A stretch of DNA of 64,000 nucleotides from an uncultured Candidatus Rokubacteria bacterium (GCA_963771355.1 CAVYTA010000006.1:512001-576000); one strand, 5' to 3'; counted from the first letter of the stretch, positions 30,137 through 40,626 are shown. The notes: a model not told the origin generated them from the sequence alone. Numbers and translations are program-made.

Positions 30137-31518
30137 TTACATGCTGTCCCTGGCCGCTGCGCGATTCGCTTTGGGGTGCAGGACGTCGATCGCCCAGCCC
30201 AGGTCCAGGCGCTCTCCGAGCCAGTCGGGGTGGGCCGTGCGCGCGTCGATGCGAAGACCCTCGGCGTCGTGACGCGCCCGGAGCGTCTCCTCGGAATCTC
30301 CGAGTCCCACCGCGGGCGGCGGCACCTCAGGGAGCGGGCGGCCGTCGGGTCGCCGGAACTGGAGCGTCCCGTCGGGCCCGCGCGCGACCTGGATAGCCCT
30401 CCTCGTGCACCGCGCGGTGATGCCGGCGACATAGCAGCGCGAGATTCGAGAGCTTCGTCGGGCCGCCCTGCGCCCAGTGGTGGAGATGATGCGCCTCGGC
30501 GACCCGAACGCCGCACCCGGGAAAGCGACAGCCCCGGTCCCGATGCTGGAGCGCGCGGCGTGAGAGCCGGGCGGAATGGTCCGGGTCCGCGCGCCGATCG
30601 CCACGACATGCCCTCTCTTCCCATGGCGCATCACTGTGCGGCTCGCGTCACACGTGAGTCGTCGCGACGTTTCCGCGGAAACGTGGGCGCCGTCCTCCAG
30701 CAGCGACTGTCCCGGCTGATCCGGGTCGGCCAGCACCGCGGCGTCGACATGGACCACCACCTGATACCGCTCGCCCGGGGCGCCCGGATCGAGGGCGTGG
30801 TGCAGCGCGGACTCCGCCACCAGCGCCAGCGCATCCGCCTGCTGCTGGGCTACCGTCGGAGGCTTCTCCACCGGCTCTGCCGCCTCCGCTGGCTCCGATG
30901 TTGCCGGCGTGCGGTTCCCGCTGCGTTCTGATAGAGCACCTCGCGCCCCGCCTCCAGTGCACGCCGCAGGAGCGCCCCCGCCTCCGGGGTGAGCCGGCCC
31001 CGCACCACCACCATGCCGTCCTCGTCCTCGTAGACCTGGAGTCCCGCGGCCTTCGTGCTGCCGGGCGGCCTTCCGCGCCTCGGCCCGACGATCCACTTGC
31101 CGCCAGCCGCTGCACGATGCGCTCGACATGCGCGGCCGTGCCCGCCCGCCCGACGGCGAGCAGACCGAGCTTCGGTCTCCGGCGTGGCGACGCGAGTGAG
31201 CGCACGGACCTTGGAATAGGACAGCTCCCCGCGGGCCAGGGCCTCGGCGAGCCGCGGCAGCGTCCCGAGGGCGCGCGCGACGCGGACCCGCTCGCGCGCC
31301 GCGCCCTTGTCGAGCCCCACCCGCCAGCCGAGCCACTCGGCGCAGGAGGGGAAGCCCGTGTTCCACCCGCCCCGCGCGTCGAACTCGCGGATCAGGGCCA
31401 GCAGCCGCGCGGTGGCGGCGTCGAGGTGCGCGGACAGCTCCGCGATCTCGTCGCCGAGCCGCTCCAGCTCGGCGGTGGGTGGGGGCGTGGCCAGCACGGC
31501 GGACGTCTGAGATCCCAT
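30137..31518 (-). mobile_element. DUF222 + HNH endonuclease gene (REP13E12-like element), multiply frameshifted
   Basis: N-terminus LIREFDARGGW...SCAEWLGWR...LSYSKVRALTRVAT. Manual reading of about 30400-30560 gives RDRGCRFPGC...AHHLHHWAQGGPTKLSNLALLCRRHHRAVHE (HNH). Several frame switches. Confidence 0.8.
30667..30684. repeat. Perfect 18-bp palindrome ACGTTTCCGCGGAAACGT inside the HNH gene
   Basis: Read directly; spans the codons for HVSAETS on the minus strand. Confidence 0.9.
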
Positions 31519-31841
31519 GGCGAGTCCTCCCTCTCGGCTGGGCCGACTCTACACCCTGGTTTTCGCGACTCCGGAACGCGTGCGGAGCGAGCGATCGGGC
31601 GGCGTCGAATGATTTTCGATCGCGCGCTGTCCGACCGCGCGCCGGTGGGCCAAGGCGGGCGGCTGGGCCACGATTTACCGAGGGCGGTCTGCGCATGAGC
31701 GATGCGCCCGGCCGAAGCTGTCAAGCGGAAAAGTGCGAGATGCTCCCTCGCGACCACGCCGCCGAGTTGGAGTAGAGTATGGCGCGCGGCCCTGTGGCCC
31801 AGGTCCGACGCCGTCGTTCACACCCACGCGGAGGAGCGGTC

Positions 31842-32978
31842 ATGCCCAGCGTACGGTCCCTGATCACGATCGTGACGTCACTCCTGCTCGTCGCCGCGCT
31901 CGCGGTGCCGGCGGTCGCGCAGGCGCCGGCGGCCAAGACGCAGTGGAAGATGCAGAGCAGCTGGCCCGCGGCGGACTTTCACCAGGTCAATCCCAAGGGC
32001 CTCGTGGAAAAGATCGCCGAGATGACGGGCGGCCGCCTCCAGGTCGATCTGCAGCCCGCCGGCACCGTCGTGCCGGCCTTCGAGGTCCTGGACGCGGTGA
32101 ACCGGGGCATCATCGACGCGGGCCACTCGTGGCCCGGCTTCTGGACCGGGAAGCACCCGGCGGCGACGCTGTTCGGCAGCGCGCCGGGGGGACCGTACGG
32201 CATGAACGCCGAGGACTACCTCGGGTGGATCTACCTCGGCGGCGGGCTCGAGCTCTACAACGAGCTCCTCCAGAAGGAGATGAAGATGAACGTCGTGGTC
32301 TTCCCGACCTTCGGGGAGACCCCGGAGCCGCAAGGCTGGTTCCGCAAGGCCATCAAGTCCCCCGCCGACCTCAAGGGGCTCAAGTTCCGCGCCACCGGCA
32401 TCTCGGCGGAAGTCTTCAAGGAGATGGGGATGGCGGTGGTGAGCATCCCACCCGGCGAGATCGTGCCGGCGCTCGAGCGGGGCGTGGTGGACGCCGCCGA
32501 GTTCAGCGATCCCAGCGCCGACATGGCGATCGGCCTCCACCAGGTGCGGAAGTTCTATCACATGCCGGGCATCCATCAGCCGACCGGCATCATGGAGCTG
32601 CAGATCAACAAGGCGAAGTGGGAGGCCCTGCCGGCGGACGTGAAGTCGATCGTGAAGCACGCGGCCATGGCCGAGGCGCTGCACTACACGCTCAAGATGC
32701 TCGACCGCAACAGCCAGGATCTGGTCACGCTCGTGAGCAAGCACGGCGTCACCGTCGTCGAGACGCCGCGCGAGGTCTTCGACGAGATCCTCAAGGCCTG
32801 GGACAAGGTTGCGGAGCGCAAGGCCAAGGAGAATCCGTTCTTCGCCAAGGTGCTGGAGTCGCAGAAGGCCTGGGCCCAGCGCGTGGTGCCGTACCGCCGG
32901 TGCTGCCATCCGCCCTACGAGTTCGCCGCCGACTACTACTGGAAGGGCGTCAACCCGTACAAGATCGTCAAGCCCTGA
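31842..32978 (+). CDS. TRAP transporter substrate-binding protein (DctP/TakP-like)
   Basis: Signal peptide; WKMQSSW, GWFRK, GLKFR, PGEIVPALERGVVDAAEF; GGAG RBS before ATG 31842. Confidence 0.92.
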   Translation: MPSVRSLITIVTSLLLVAALAVPAVAQAPAAKTQWKMQSSWPAADFHQVNPKGLVEKIAEMTGGRLQVDLQPAGTVVPAFEVLDAVNRGIIDAGHSWPGFWTGKHPAATLFGSAPGGPYGMNAEDYLGWIYLGGGLELYNELLQKEMKMNVVVFPTFGETPEPQGWFRKAIKSPADLKGLKFRATGISAEVFKEMGMAVVSIPPGEIVPALERGVVDAAEFSDPSADMAIGLHQVRKFYHMPGIHQPTGIMELQINKAKWEALPADVKSIVKHAAMAEALHYTLKMLDRNSQDLVTLVSKHGVTVVETPREVFDEILKAWDKVAERKAKENPFFAKVLESQKAWAQRVVPYRRCCHPPYEFAADYYWKGVNPYKIVKP

Positions 32979-33429
32979 GCGTCTTCTCCATGAAGACGCT
33001 CAGCGGGTCCGGCGTGTAGCCGGCGAAGGGCGCGATCTCCACGAAGCCCGCCGCGCGGAAGAGGCCCAGGGCCTCCGGCTGGTGGATCCCGGTCTCGAGG
33101 CAGAGACGCGTGAGCCGCTCCCGCCGCGCCTGCTCCTCGAGGGCGGCGAGGAGGCGCCGGCCCAGGGCGAGGCCGCGCGCCCGCGGGGGCACGTAGAGGC
33201 GCTTCACCTCGCCGTAGCCCGCGGGGTCGACGCGAAGGGCGACACAGCCCAGGGCCTCGCCCTCACGCCGGGCCACGAAGAAGCGGATGTCGGGCTGCGC
33301 CAGGGTCTCGATGTCGAGCAGGTGGTTGCTCGCGGCGGGGTAGAGCGCCCCGAGATATTCGTCCAGCTCCTCCACCAGGCGCACGATCTCGGCCTGGCGG
33401 GGCGACTCCGGCGCGATGGTGATGGTCAC
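32968..33429 (-). CDS. GNAT family N-acetyltransferase
   Basis: EVKRLYVPPRARGLALG, LETGIHQPEA, SVFMEK. Confidence 0.9.
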   Translation of the reverse strand: MTITIAPESPRQAEIVRLVEELDEYLGALYPAASNHLLDIETLAQPDIRFFVARREGEALGCVALRVDPAGYGEVKRLYVPPRARGLALGRRLLAALEEQARRERLTRLCLETGIHQPEALGLFRAAGFVEIAPFAGYTPDPLSVFMEKTLRA

Positions 33430-33438
33430 GCCCGAAGG

Positions 33439-34197
33439 TCAGCGGGCGGTCAGGCCGCCGTCCACCGGCATGGCCTGGCCGGTGACGAAGGAGGCGGCGT
33501 CTGAGCAGAGCCACACCACCGCTTCGGCGATCTCATCCGGCGTTCCAATTCGCCCAATTGGCTCGATGTGGCTCACACGCTCCTCGAGCCCTGGCTGACT
33601 CGCCAGAAAGGGCGCCGTCATGCCGGTGCGAATATAGCCGGGGCACACCGCGTTGATGCGGATGCCCTCGCGCGCGTACTCCAGCGCGGCGGTGCGGGTG
33701 AGGCCCACCACCCCGTGCTTGCTCACCGTGTAGGCCGCGTGGCGGGGGAAGCCCTGGAGCCCGGCCACGGAGGCGGTGTTCACGATGGCGCCGCCGCCCT
33801 GGGCGAGCATGCGCGGGATCTCCGCCTTCATGCAGAGCCAGACGCCGGTGAGGTTCACGGCCAGGACGCGCGCCCAGGTCTCGGCGCCATAGTCGGCGGT
33901 GCGGGCCTGCTCGCCGGGAATGCCGGCGTTGTTGAAGGCGCAGTCGAGCCGGCCGAAGCGGCGCACCGTCTCGTCCACCATGGCGGTCACGTCCGCCTCG
34001 CGGGAGACGTCGGCGCGCACGAAGCAGGCCTCGCCGCCCGCGGCCTTGATGAGGCGCACCGTCTCATCGCCGCCCTCGGCGGCCACGTCCGAGACGGCCA
34101 CCCGCGCACCGTCGCGCGCAAAGGCCAGCGCCGCCGCGCGGCCGATCCCGGAGGCGCCGCCGGTGACCAGCGCCACCCGGCCCGTGAGGGAGGCCAT
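33439..34197 (-). CDS. SDR family oxidoreductase
   Basis: TGGASGIG, FNNAGI, AYTVSKHG, VDGG; ATG 34197. Confidence 0.93.
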   Translation of the reverse strand: MASLTGRVALVTGGASGIGRAAALAFARDGARVAVSDVAAEGGDETVRLIKAAGGEACFVRADVSREADVTAMVDETVRRFGRLDCAFNNAGIPGEQARTADYGAETWARVLAVNLTGVWLCMKAEIPRMLAQGGGAIVNTASVAGLQGFPRHAAYTVSKHGVVGLTRTAALEYAREGIRINAVCPGYIRTGMTAPFLASQPGLEERVSHIEPIGRIGTPDEIAEAVVWLCSDAASFVTGQAMPVDGGLTAR

Positions 34198-35723
34198 CAC
34201 ACCCGGGTGGCGCGATCGGCCCAGTAGGGCTCGCGGAGCACGCGCTTGATGAGCTTGCCCGCGGCGTCTCGCGGGAACTCCTGGTGGAAGGAAACCTCGC
34301 GGGGCGCCTTGTAGTCGGCGATGTGCTCGCGGGCGAAGCGCACCACCTCGTCCGCGGTGAGCTGGGCGCCCGGGCGGGGCTGCACCGCCGCGTGCACGCG
34401 CTCTCCCCACTCCTCGTCGGGCACCCCGAACACCGCCACGTCCTCGATGTCGGGATGGCGATGCAGGGCGTCCTCGATCTCGGCGGGGTAGATGTTCACT
34501 CCGCCGGAGATGATCATGTCCCGCTTCCGATCGCAGATGTAGTAGAAGCCCTCCGGGTCCACGTAGGCCACGTCCCCCACCGAAAGCCACTCCCCGCGCT
34601 GCGTCTCCTGGGTGGCCTGGGGATTCCGGTAGTACCCGTCGAAGACGCCCGGGTAGCGGCGGATGTAGAGCTCGCCGGGCTCTCCCATCGGCAGGGGGGT
34701 GCCGTCGTCGTCCAGGATGGCCAGCTCGATGCCCGGCGCGGCTCGGCCGCAGGAGCCGGGCTTTCGCAGCACGTCCTCGGGCCGGAGGATGGTGTTCACG
34801 CTGAGCTCGGTGGAGCCGTAGAACTCGTAGAGGGAGGGCCCGAAATACGCCATCGCCTGCTCCTTGACCCGCATGGGGCAGGGGGCCGCCGCCACCACGA
34901 GCACGCGCATGGAGGAGACGTCGTAGCGCGCGCGGGTGGACTCGGGCAGGTCCACGATGCGCTTGACCAGGGTCGGCGCCATGAAGGTGCTGGTGCAGCG
35001 ATGGGCCTGGATGAGGCGGAGCGCTTCCTCCGCGTCGAACTTCCGCATCACCACCACGCGGCCGCCGAACATCTGGGTCGTCATGGCGAAGGAGCCGGGG
35101 GCGGAGTGATAGAGCGGGCCCGCGGCGAGATGGACGTGGGGCTCGGCGAGGTCGAGCGCCTCGAGAAAGCGCATGGTCACCTGGGGATCCACCGCGCCGC
35201 GGATCGCGCCCTTGGGCCGCCCGGTGGTGCCGCCGGTGTAGATCATGGAGCCGCCCAGCCCCTGCGCGGCGTCCGCAGGCGGGGGCTCGGGCCGCCCGCG
35301 CGCGACGAGATCGTCGAGATGCTCGGCCCAGGGCCGGCGCTCCTTGCCCATGCAGATCCAGTGGCGGACCTTGGCGGCGTTCGGCCGTACCGCTTCCGCG
35401 ACGGGGAGGAACGCATCGCCCACGAAGACGGCGGCGGCGTCGGCATTGTCGAGGATATAGGTGACTTCCTCGGGGGTGAGCCGGTGGTTCATCGGCGCCG
35501 CCACCGCGCCGATGGCGCGCACGGCGGCGGGGGCGATCATGCAGTCGAGCGAGTTGTGCTCGTAGACGATCACGTTGTCGCCGCGCCCGATGCCGAGCGC
35601 GCGCAGCGAGAAGGCGAGGCGATTGCGCCGGTCGAGCTCTTCCGCCCAGGTGAGCCGATGCTCGCCTTCGATCAGCGCGATGGCCTGCGGCTGCTTGGCC
35701 GCGTACGCCGCGATAAAATCCAT
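34197..35723 (-). CDS. AMP-binding acyl-CoA synthetase
   Basis: YTGGTTGRPKG, FYGSTE, DRKRDMIISGGVNIYPAEIE, AGK. Confidence 0.92.
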   Translation of the reverse strand: MDFIAAYAAKQPQAIALIEGEHRLTWAEELDRRNRLAFSLRALGIGRGDNVIVYEHNSLDCMIAPAAVRAIGAVAAPMNHRLTPEEVTYILDNADAAAVFVGDAFLPVAEAVRPNAAKVRHWICMGKERRPWAEHLDDLVARGRPEPPPADAAQGLGGSMIYTGGTTGRPKGAIRGAVDPQVTMRFLEALDLAEPHVHLAAGPLYHSAPGSFAMTTQMFGGRVVVMRKFDAEEALRLIQAHRCTSTFMAPTLVKRIVDLPESTRARYDVSSMRVLVVAAAPCPMRVKEQAMAYFGPSLYEFYGSTELSVNTILRPEDVLRKPGSCGRAAPGIELAILDDDGTPLPMGEPGELYIRRYPGVFDGYYRNPQATQETQRGEWLSVGDVAYVDPEGFYYICDRKRDMIISGGVNIYPAEIEDALHRHPDIEDVAVFGVPDEEWGERVHAAVQPRPGAQLTADEVVRFAREHIADYKAPREVSFHQEFPRDAAGKLIKRVLREPYWADRATRV

Positions 35724-36514
35724 CAGGCGTCGACTTCCTTCAGGTACTCCCCCACGAGGCGGTTGAAGGTATCCGCGCGCTCGAAGTAGACGGAGTGGCC
35801 CGACCTGGGCACGCGCGCCAGCCGGCCCTTGGGCAGGAGCGTGACGAGGGTCTCGATGGCGGGCGTGGGGATCACCACGTCCTCCTCCCCGGTGATGCAG
35901 AGGACCGGCATGGTCAGCGCGGCGAGGGCCGACGGGGGAGTATTGCGCATGGACCAGAGCTTCTTGCGCGTGGCTTCCATGTCCAGGCCGAGGCGCAGGC
36001 GGCCGATGGCCTGGTAGAGGTACTGGAGCGCGGGCTGCTCCGCTTCCATGGTGGCACCGGCGGCCGGTGAGATGCCCCGCGCCACGAGATCGGCCTGCGC
36101 CCGGGTGAACTCGGGCGCGGCGAGGACACGGTCGATGTCCGGATGGGAGACGGTGCCGACCGTGCAGGCGAGCACGAGCCCCCGCACCTTTCGCGGCTCG
36201 CGGAGCGCGTAGCCGAGGCAGGTCCAGCCGCCCATGGATTGCGCCACCAGGCGCACCTCGGGCAGGCGGAGATGCTCGATCAGCGCGGCGAGGTCGTCCA
36301 CGAAGCCGAGCGGGCCGACCGCCCCCGGTCCCGCTTCCGAGGGCGAGAAGCCCCGGTGGGCGAAGGTGACGCAGGTGTAGCGGTCACGGAAATGGGGCAC
36401 CTGCTGCCACCAGGAGAGGTGATTGCCGCCCAGTCCGTGCGCGAAGATCAGCGCGGGGCCCCGGCCTTCGGTCTCGTAGTAGAGCCGGCAGTCCGGACGA
36501 TCGAGATAGGCCAT
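35723..36514 (-). CDS. Alpha/beta hydrolase
   Basis: HGLGG, AQSMGG nucleophile elbow, GEED, GHSVYFE. Confidence 0.9.
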   Translation of the reverse strand: MAYLDRPDCRLYYETEGRGPALIFAHGLGGNHLSWWQQVPHFRDRYTCVTFAHRGFSPSEAGPGAVGPLGFVDDLAALIEHLRLPEVRLVAQSMGGWTCLGYALREPRKVRGLVLACTVGTVSHPDIDRVLAAPEFTRAQADLVARGISPAAGATMEAEQPALQYLYQAIGRLRLGLDMEATRKKLWSMRNTPPSALAALTMPVLCITGEEDVVIPTPAIETLVTLLPKGRLARVPRSGHSVYFERADTFNRLVGEYLKEVDA

Positions 36515-36523
36515 GGCGCGGGC

Positions 36524-37306
36524 TCAGACGAGGAAGCGGTTGACCGCGGTGGCAACGGCTTCGGGGCGCTCGTAGGGCAGCATGTGTCCGGCCTCCGGGA
36601 AGATCTCGATGGTGGCGTGCGGGAGCAGCTCGGCCCAGCGCGCGGCGTAGGCGGGCGGGATGAGGCGATCCTCCGCGCCCCAGAGCACGAGCGTGGGCGC
36701 GGTGAGACGGTACAGGCGCTTGGAGAGCCGCCGGTTGGGGATGGGGAAGAGGATTTTCCCCGCCATGGCCAGCCGGCGCGCATTGCCGATGTAGAAGTCC
36801 TTCAGCGCGTCCATGTCGTTGAGGTCGAGCCCGCCGGTGAGGAGCGTCGCGCCCTGGACGGGATCGGCGAAGAGCAGGCCCGGGATCTCGAAGGGCAGCG
36901 CGGCGAAGATATCCGGGATCGGCTGGGCGTCCAGCCAGAGGCCGGCCGCGCTCACGAGGACGAGGCGGCCGAGATCGTGGGGAGCGAGGCAGGCCATCTC
37001 GGCGGCGATCATGCCGCCCATGGAGTGGCCGATCAGATGCGGGCGGCGGAGCCCGAGGGCCTCCACCACGTCCCAGCCATGCAGCGCGAAGTCGAGCATG
37101 TCCTCCAGCAGGTCCTCGCCGGTGGACTCGCCGTAGCCCGGCCACTCGGGGGCGAGGACATGGTGCCGCTGCGCGAGGTCGTCGAGGAAGGGATTGTCGC
37201 GGAGGAGCCCGCCGGCGCCATGGAAGAAGACGAGCGGCGCCCCGCTCCCGGCCTCGAACACGCGGCACCGGATGCCGCGGCGGGTCTCGACCGTTCTCGC
37301 CTTCAT
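36524..37306 (-). CDS. Alpha/beta hydrolase
   Basis: HGAGG, GHSMGG, WGAED, AGHML; ATG 37306. Confidence 0.9.
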   Translation of the reverse strand: MKARTVETRRGIRCRVFEAGSGAPLVFFHGAGGLLRDNPFLDDLAQRHHVLAPEWPGYGESTGEDLLEDMLDFALHGWDVVEALGLRRPHLIGHSMGGMIAAEMACLAPHDLGRLVLVSAAGLWLDAQPIPDIFAALPFEIPGLLFADPVQGATLLTGGLDLNDMDALKDFYIGNARRLAMAGKILFPIPNRRLSKRLYRLTAPTLVLWGAEDRLIPPAYAARWAELLPHATIEIFPEAGHMLPYERPEAVATAVNRFLV

Positions 37307-38604
37307 GGCCGCCGTGACCCGCTGCCGCGACTGTCCGGGACGCGCTTCGGCCCCACCGCCTCGCCGCCGCCCACCGGCGGCAGCCCGGCGGGCCGCAGCC
37401 GGTCTTCCATGGGCTTGATCCACCAGCGATCGTCGTGCGCCCACTCCGGCCAGACGTCGCGGAGCTTGGGCATGACCTTCTCCGCGAAGAGCTTGGTGGA
37501 ATAGCGCGTCTTCCAGTCCGGCATGTTGCCCTTGTGGAAGAGGCAGAAGACATGGCCCACGCGCAGCCCCTTGATGCACTCCTCGAGCTGCTGGCGGACG
37601 GTCTCGGGGCTGCCCGCGATGACGAAGCGCTCGTCCACGATCTGCTTCCAGGTGAGGTGCTGCAGGATCTTCTGCGCGTCCTGGCGGAGCTGGGAGAGCG
37701 CGCCGTACTTGATGGTGTTGATGGTGCGGTAGCCGGGCGGGTCCGCGAAGGGCGGGAAGATGTGGAGGCAGCGGTTGAAGAAGTAGAGGCAGTGCTCGGC
37801 GTAGAGCTCCTCCGCCTGGGCGTCGGTCTCCGCCACGCAGATGATCTGGGCGAAGGCGGCGCGATAGGGCGAGGCGTCCTTCCCCCGCTCGGCCACGCGG
37901 TTCCAGTACCCCTCCATGAGCTGCTTGGCGCGGAGATAGCCGAAGAAGGAGAGGTAGGAGTAGTTGTAGTCGTGGTCGAGGCAGAAGTCCCAGGTCTCGA
38001 TGGAGCCGCCGCCCGGCACGTAGATGGGCGGGTGGGGCTTCTGGATGGGCTTGGGCCAGCAGTTCACGTAGCGGAGCTGATTGTACTTGCCGTCGAAGGC
38101 GAAGGGCTCGTCCTCGGCCCAGGCCCGCATGATCAGCTCATGCGCCTCGCGGTACTTGTCGCGGGTGAGCGCCGGGATCTGGCCGTAGCAGAAGTTGGTG
38201 TCCATGGAGGTGCCCACCGGGAAGCCCGCCACCAGGCGTCCGCCCGAGAGCACGTCGAGCATGGCGAACTCCTCGGCCACGCGGATGGGCGGATTGTAGA
38301 GCGCGATGGAGTTGCCGATCACGCACAGCGCGGCCTTGGAGGTGCGGCGGGCCAGCCCGGCGGCAATGAGGTTGGGCGAGGGCATGAGGCCGTACCCGTT
38401 CTGATGGTGCTCGTTCACGCCGATGCCGTCGAAGCCCAGCGACTCCGCGTACTCGAGCTGGTCCATGTACTCGTGGTAGACGTGATGGCCCTGGCGCGGG
38501 TCATAGAGGCGGCTGGGAATGTCCACCCACACCGACCGGTTCTTCTCGCGGAAGTCGTCGGGCAGGTGCGGCCAGGGCATCAAGTTAAACCACGTGAACT
38601 TCAT
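37303..38604 (-). CDS. LLM class (luciferase-like) flavin-dependent oxidoreductase
   Basis: GFDGIGVNEHH, PIRVAEEFAMLDVLSGGRL, PKPIQKPHPP, LFAEKVMP; ATG 38604. Confidence 0.92.
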   Translation of the reverse strand: MKFTWFNLMPWPHLPDDFREKNRSVWVDIPSRLYDPRQGHHVYHEYMDQLEYAESLGFDGIGVNEHHQNGYGLMPSPNLIAAGLARRTSKAALCVIGNSIALYNPPIRVAEEFAMLDVLSGGRLVAGFPVGTSMDTNFCYGQIPALTRDKYREAHELIMRAWAEDEPFAFDGKYNQLRYVNCWPKPIQKPHPPIYVPGGGSIETWDFCLDHDYNYSYLSFFGYLRAKQLMEGYWNRVAERGKDASPYRAAFAQIICVAETDAQAEELYAEHCLYFFNRCLHIFPPFADPPGYRTINTIKYGALSQLRQDAQKILQHLTWKQIVDERFVIAGSPETVRQQLEECIKGLRVGHVFCLFHKGNMPDWKTRYSTKLFAEKVMPKLRDVWPEWAHDDRWWIKPMEDRLRPAGLPPVGGGEAVGPKRVPDSRGSGSRRP

Positions 38605-38643
38605 GCGGTTCGCTCCGATTTCTGCGGGTACGTCCGATTTCTG

Positions 38644-38677
38644 GATTTGATCTACGGTCATCGCAAGCGACGACCTC
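38644..38677. repeat. Intergenic palindromic repeat, copy 1
   Basis: GATTTGATCTACGGTCATCGCAAGCGACGACCTC. Confidence 0.9.
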
Positions 38678-38721
38678 TCATAGGGAGGCTATCGCAACTC
38701 TTGGAGTCGCGCTCCGGTGAT

Positions 38722-39645
38722 TCAGCGTAGCCGCCCGCCGCCGGCGCCGCGGAGGCGGGGGTCGAGGAGGTCGCGTAGCGCGTCGCCCAGCATGTTGAAG
38801 CCGAACACCGCCAGCGAGATCGCCGCTCCCGGCCAGATCGCCATCCAGGGCGCGGTGTACATGTACGAGCGGCCGGAGCCGGAGAGCATGGCGCCCCACG
38901 ACGGATAGGGCGGGGGAACCCCGAAGCCGAGGAAAGACAGCGCTGACTCCGCGAGGATGGCCCCGCCGAGCCCGATGGTGGCGAGGATGATGATGGTGGC
39001 GGTGACGTTGGGGAAGACGTAGCGGCACATGATGCGGAGGTGGCCGGCTCCTACCGCGCGCGCCGCCTCGATGTACTGGTGCTGGATGATCGAGATGGTG
39101 GCGCCGCGAATGACGCGCGAGGCGGCGGCGGCGCCGAGCACGCCCAGGGCGAGGATGACGTTGAGCATGCCCGGGCCCAGCACGGCCATGATCGACAGGA
39201 TCACCACGAGGAAGGGGAAGGACTGCCAGGCGTCGACCACCCGCTGTACGCAGATGTCGTACTTGCCGCCGAAGTAGCCGCTGGTGATGCCGATCACGGT
39301 GGCGAGGAAGTTTCCCAGGAGCACGGCGCCGAAGCCCACGGTGACGGAGACGCGCGCCCCATAGACCACCCGGCTGAAGATGTCGCGGCCGAGATTGTCC
39401 GTGCCCATCCAGAATTGCGCCCCCGGCGCCTTCATCCGCGCTCCCCGGATGGTCTCGTCGTAGCTGTACGGCGCGATCCAGTTGGCGAAGACGGCCATGC
39501 CGAGCATGAGGATCACGAGGAGGCCACCGATCGCGCCGAGGGGCTTCGCGCGGCAGAAGCGCCAGAGGGCCCCCAGCGCCCGCAGGGGCCGGGCGGGGGC
39601 CCGCAGGGTGCTGGGGGCATCGAGGGCGCCGACGTGATTGGCCAT
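38722..39645 (-). CDS. ABC transporter permease, DppC-like
   Basis: MGTDNLGRD, YIEAARAVGA, LSFLGFG, GDALRDLLDPR. Confidence 0.93.
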   Translation of the reverse strand: MANHVGALDAPSTLRAPARPLRALGALWRFCRAKPLGAIGGLLVILMLGMAVFANWIAPYSYDETIRGARMKAPGAQFWMGTDNLGRDIFSRVVYGARVSVTVGFGAVLLGNFLATVIGITSGYFGGKYDICVQRVVDAWQSFPFLVVILSIMAVLGPGMLNVILALGVLGAAAASRVIRGATISIIQHQYIEAARAVGAGHLRIMCRYVFPNVTATIIILATIGLGGAILAESALSFLGFGVPPPYPSWGAMLSGSGRSYMYTAPWMAIWPGAAISLAVFGFNMLGDALRDLLDPRLRGAGGGRLR

Positions 39646-39652
39646 CGCGGGG

Positions 39653-40595
39653 TCAGTACCGGATGCGCGGGTCGAGGAACGCGTACGTCGCGTCCACGAG
39701 GAGGTTCATGCCGACCACCACCGAGACGATGACCAGGTTCACGCCCTGGATCACCGGGTAGTCGCGCTGGTTGATGGCGTCGAAGAGGAAGCGGCCCATA
39801 CCCGGCAGGCCGAAGATCTGCTCGAAGATCACGGTGCCGCCGAGGATCTGGGCGATCTGGATCCCGAGCACGGTCACGACGGGGATGATCGCGTTCTTGA
39901 GGCTGTGCTTGGCCACCACCACGCTCTCGCGGAGCCCCTTGGCCCAGGCGGTGCGCACATAGTCCTGGCGCAGCACCTCGAGAAGCATGGCGCGGGTGAG
40001 GCGCATGATCGCGGCGGCGGAGGCGATGCCGAGGATGAAGGCGGGGAGGAGGAACTGCGAGATGTGGGCCCACTTGTCCTTCGAGAACTCGGTGAACTGG
40101 ATGGGCGGGCTCCAGCCCCACCAGATGGCGGGGAGGAGGATCACGAGGGTGGCGATCCAGAAGCCGGGCACCGAGAGGCCCAGGATGGCCAGGCTCCGGG
40201 CGAGGAAGTCGCGAGACGGAGTCCTGCCGGACGGCGGCGAGCACGCCGATGGGCAGGGCGATGACGATGGCGAAGAAGAGGGCGAGGAGGCCCAGCTCGA
40301 GGCTCACGGGGAGCCGGCGCATGAGTTCCTCGATCACGGGCCGCCGCGTCCACAGGGACTCGCCGAGGTCACCCGTGGCCACCCGCCCCAGCCACTCCCA
40401 GTACTGGACGTAGAAGGGGCGGTTGAGCCCCATCTTGGCCCGCAGCTCCTCGAGGTCCTTGCCGTAGGCCTTTTCCTCGAGCATGAGCTGAACCACGTCC
40501 CCCGGCAGCATCCGTGGCAGCGAGAACACGATCACCGATGCGATGAGCAGCGACGGGATCGCGACGAGCAGCCGGCGCAGGACGTACTTCTTCAC
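39653..40595 (-). CDS. ABC transporter permease, DppB-like (frameshift near 40210)
   Basis: N-half LPGDVV, GDLGESL; C-half in another frame: RAMLLEVLRQDY, RDYPVIQG, DPRIRY. Confidence 0.87.
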
Positions 40596-40626
40596 GGGTC
40601 GGCGCGCCCTCGCTCCGCTCGGGGGT

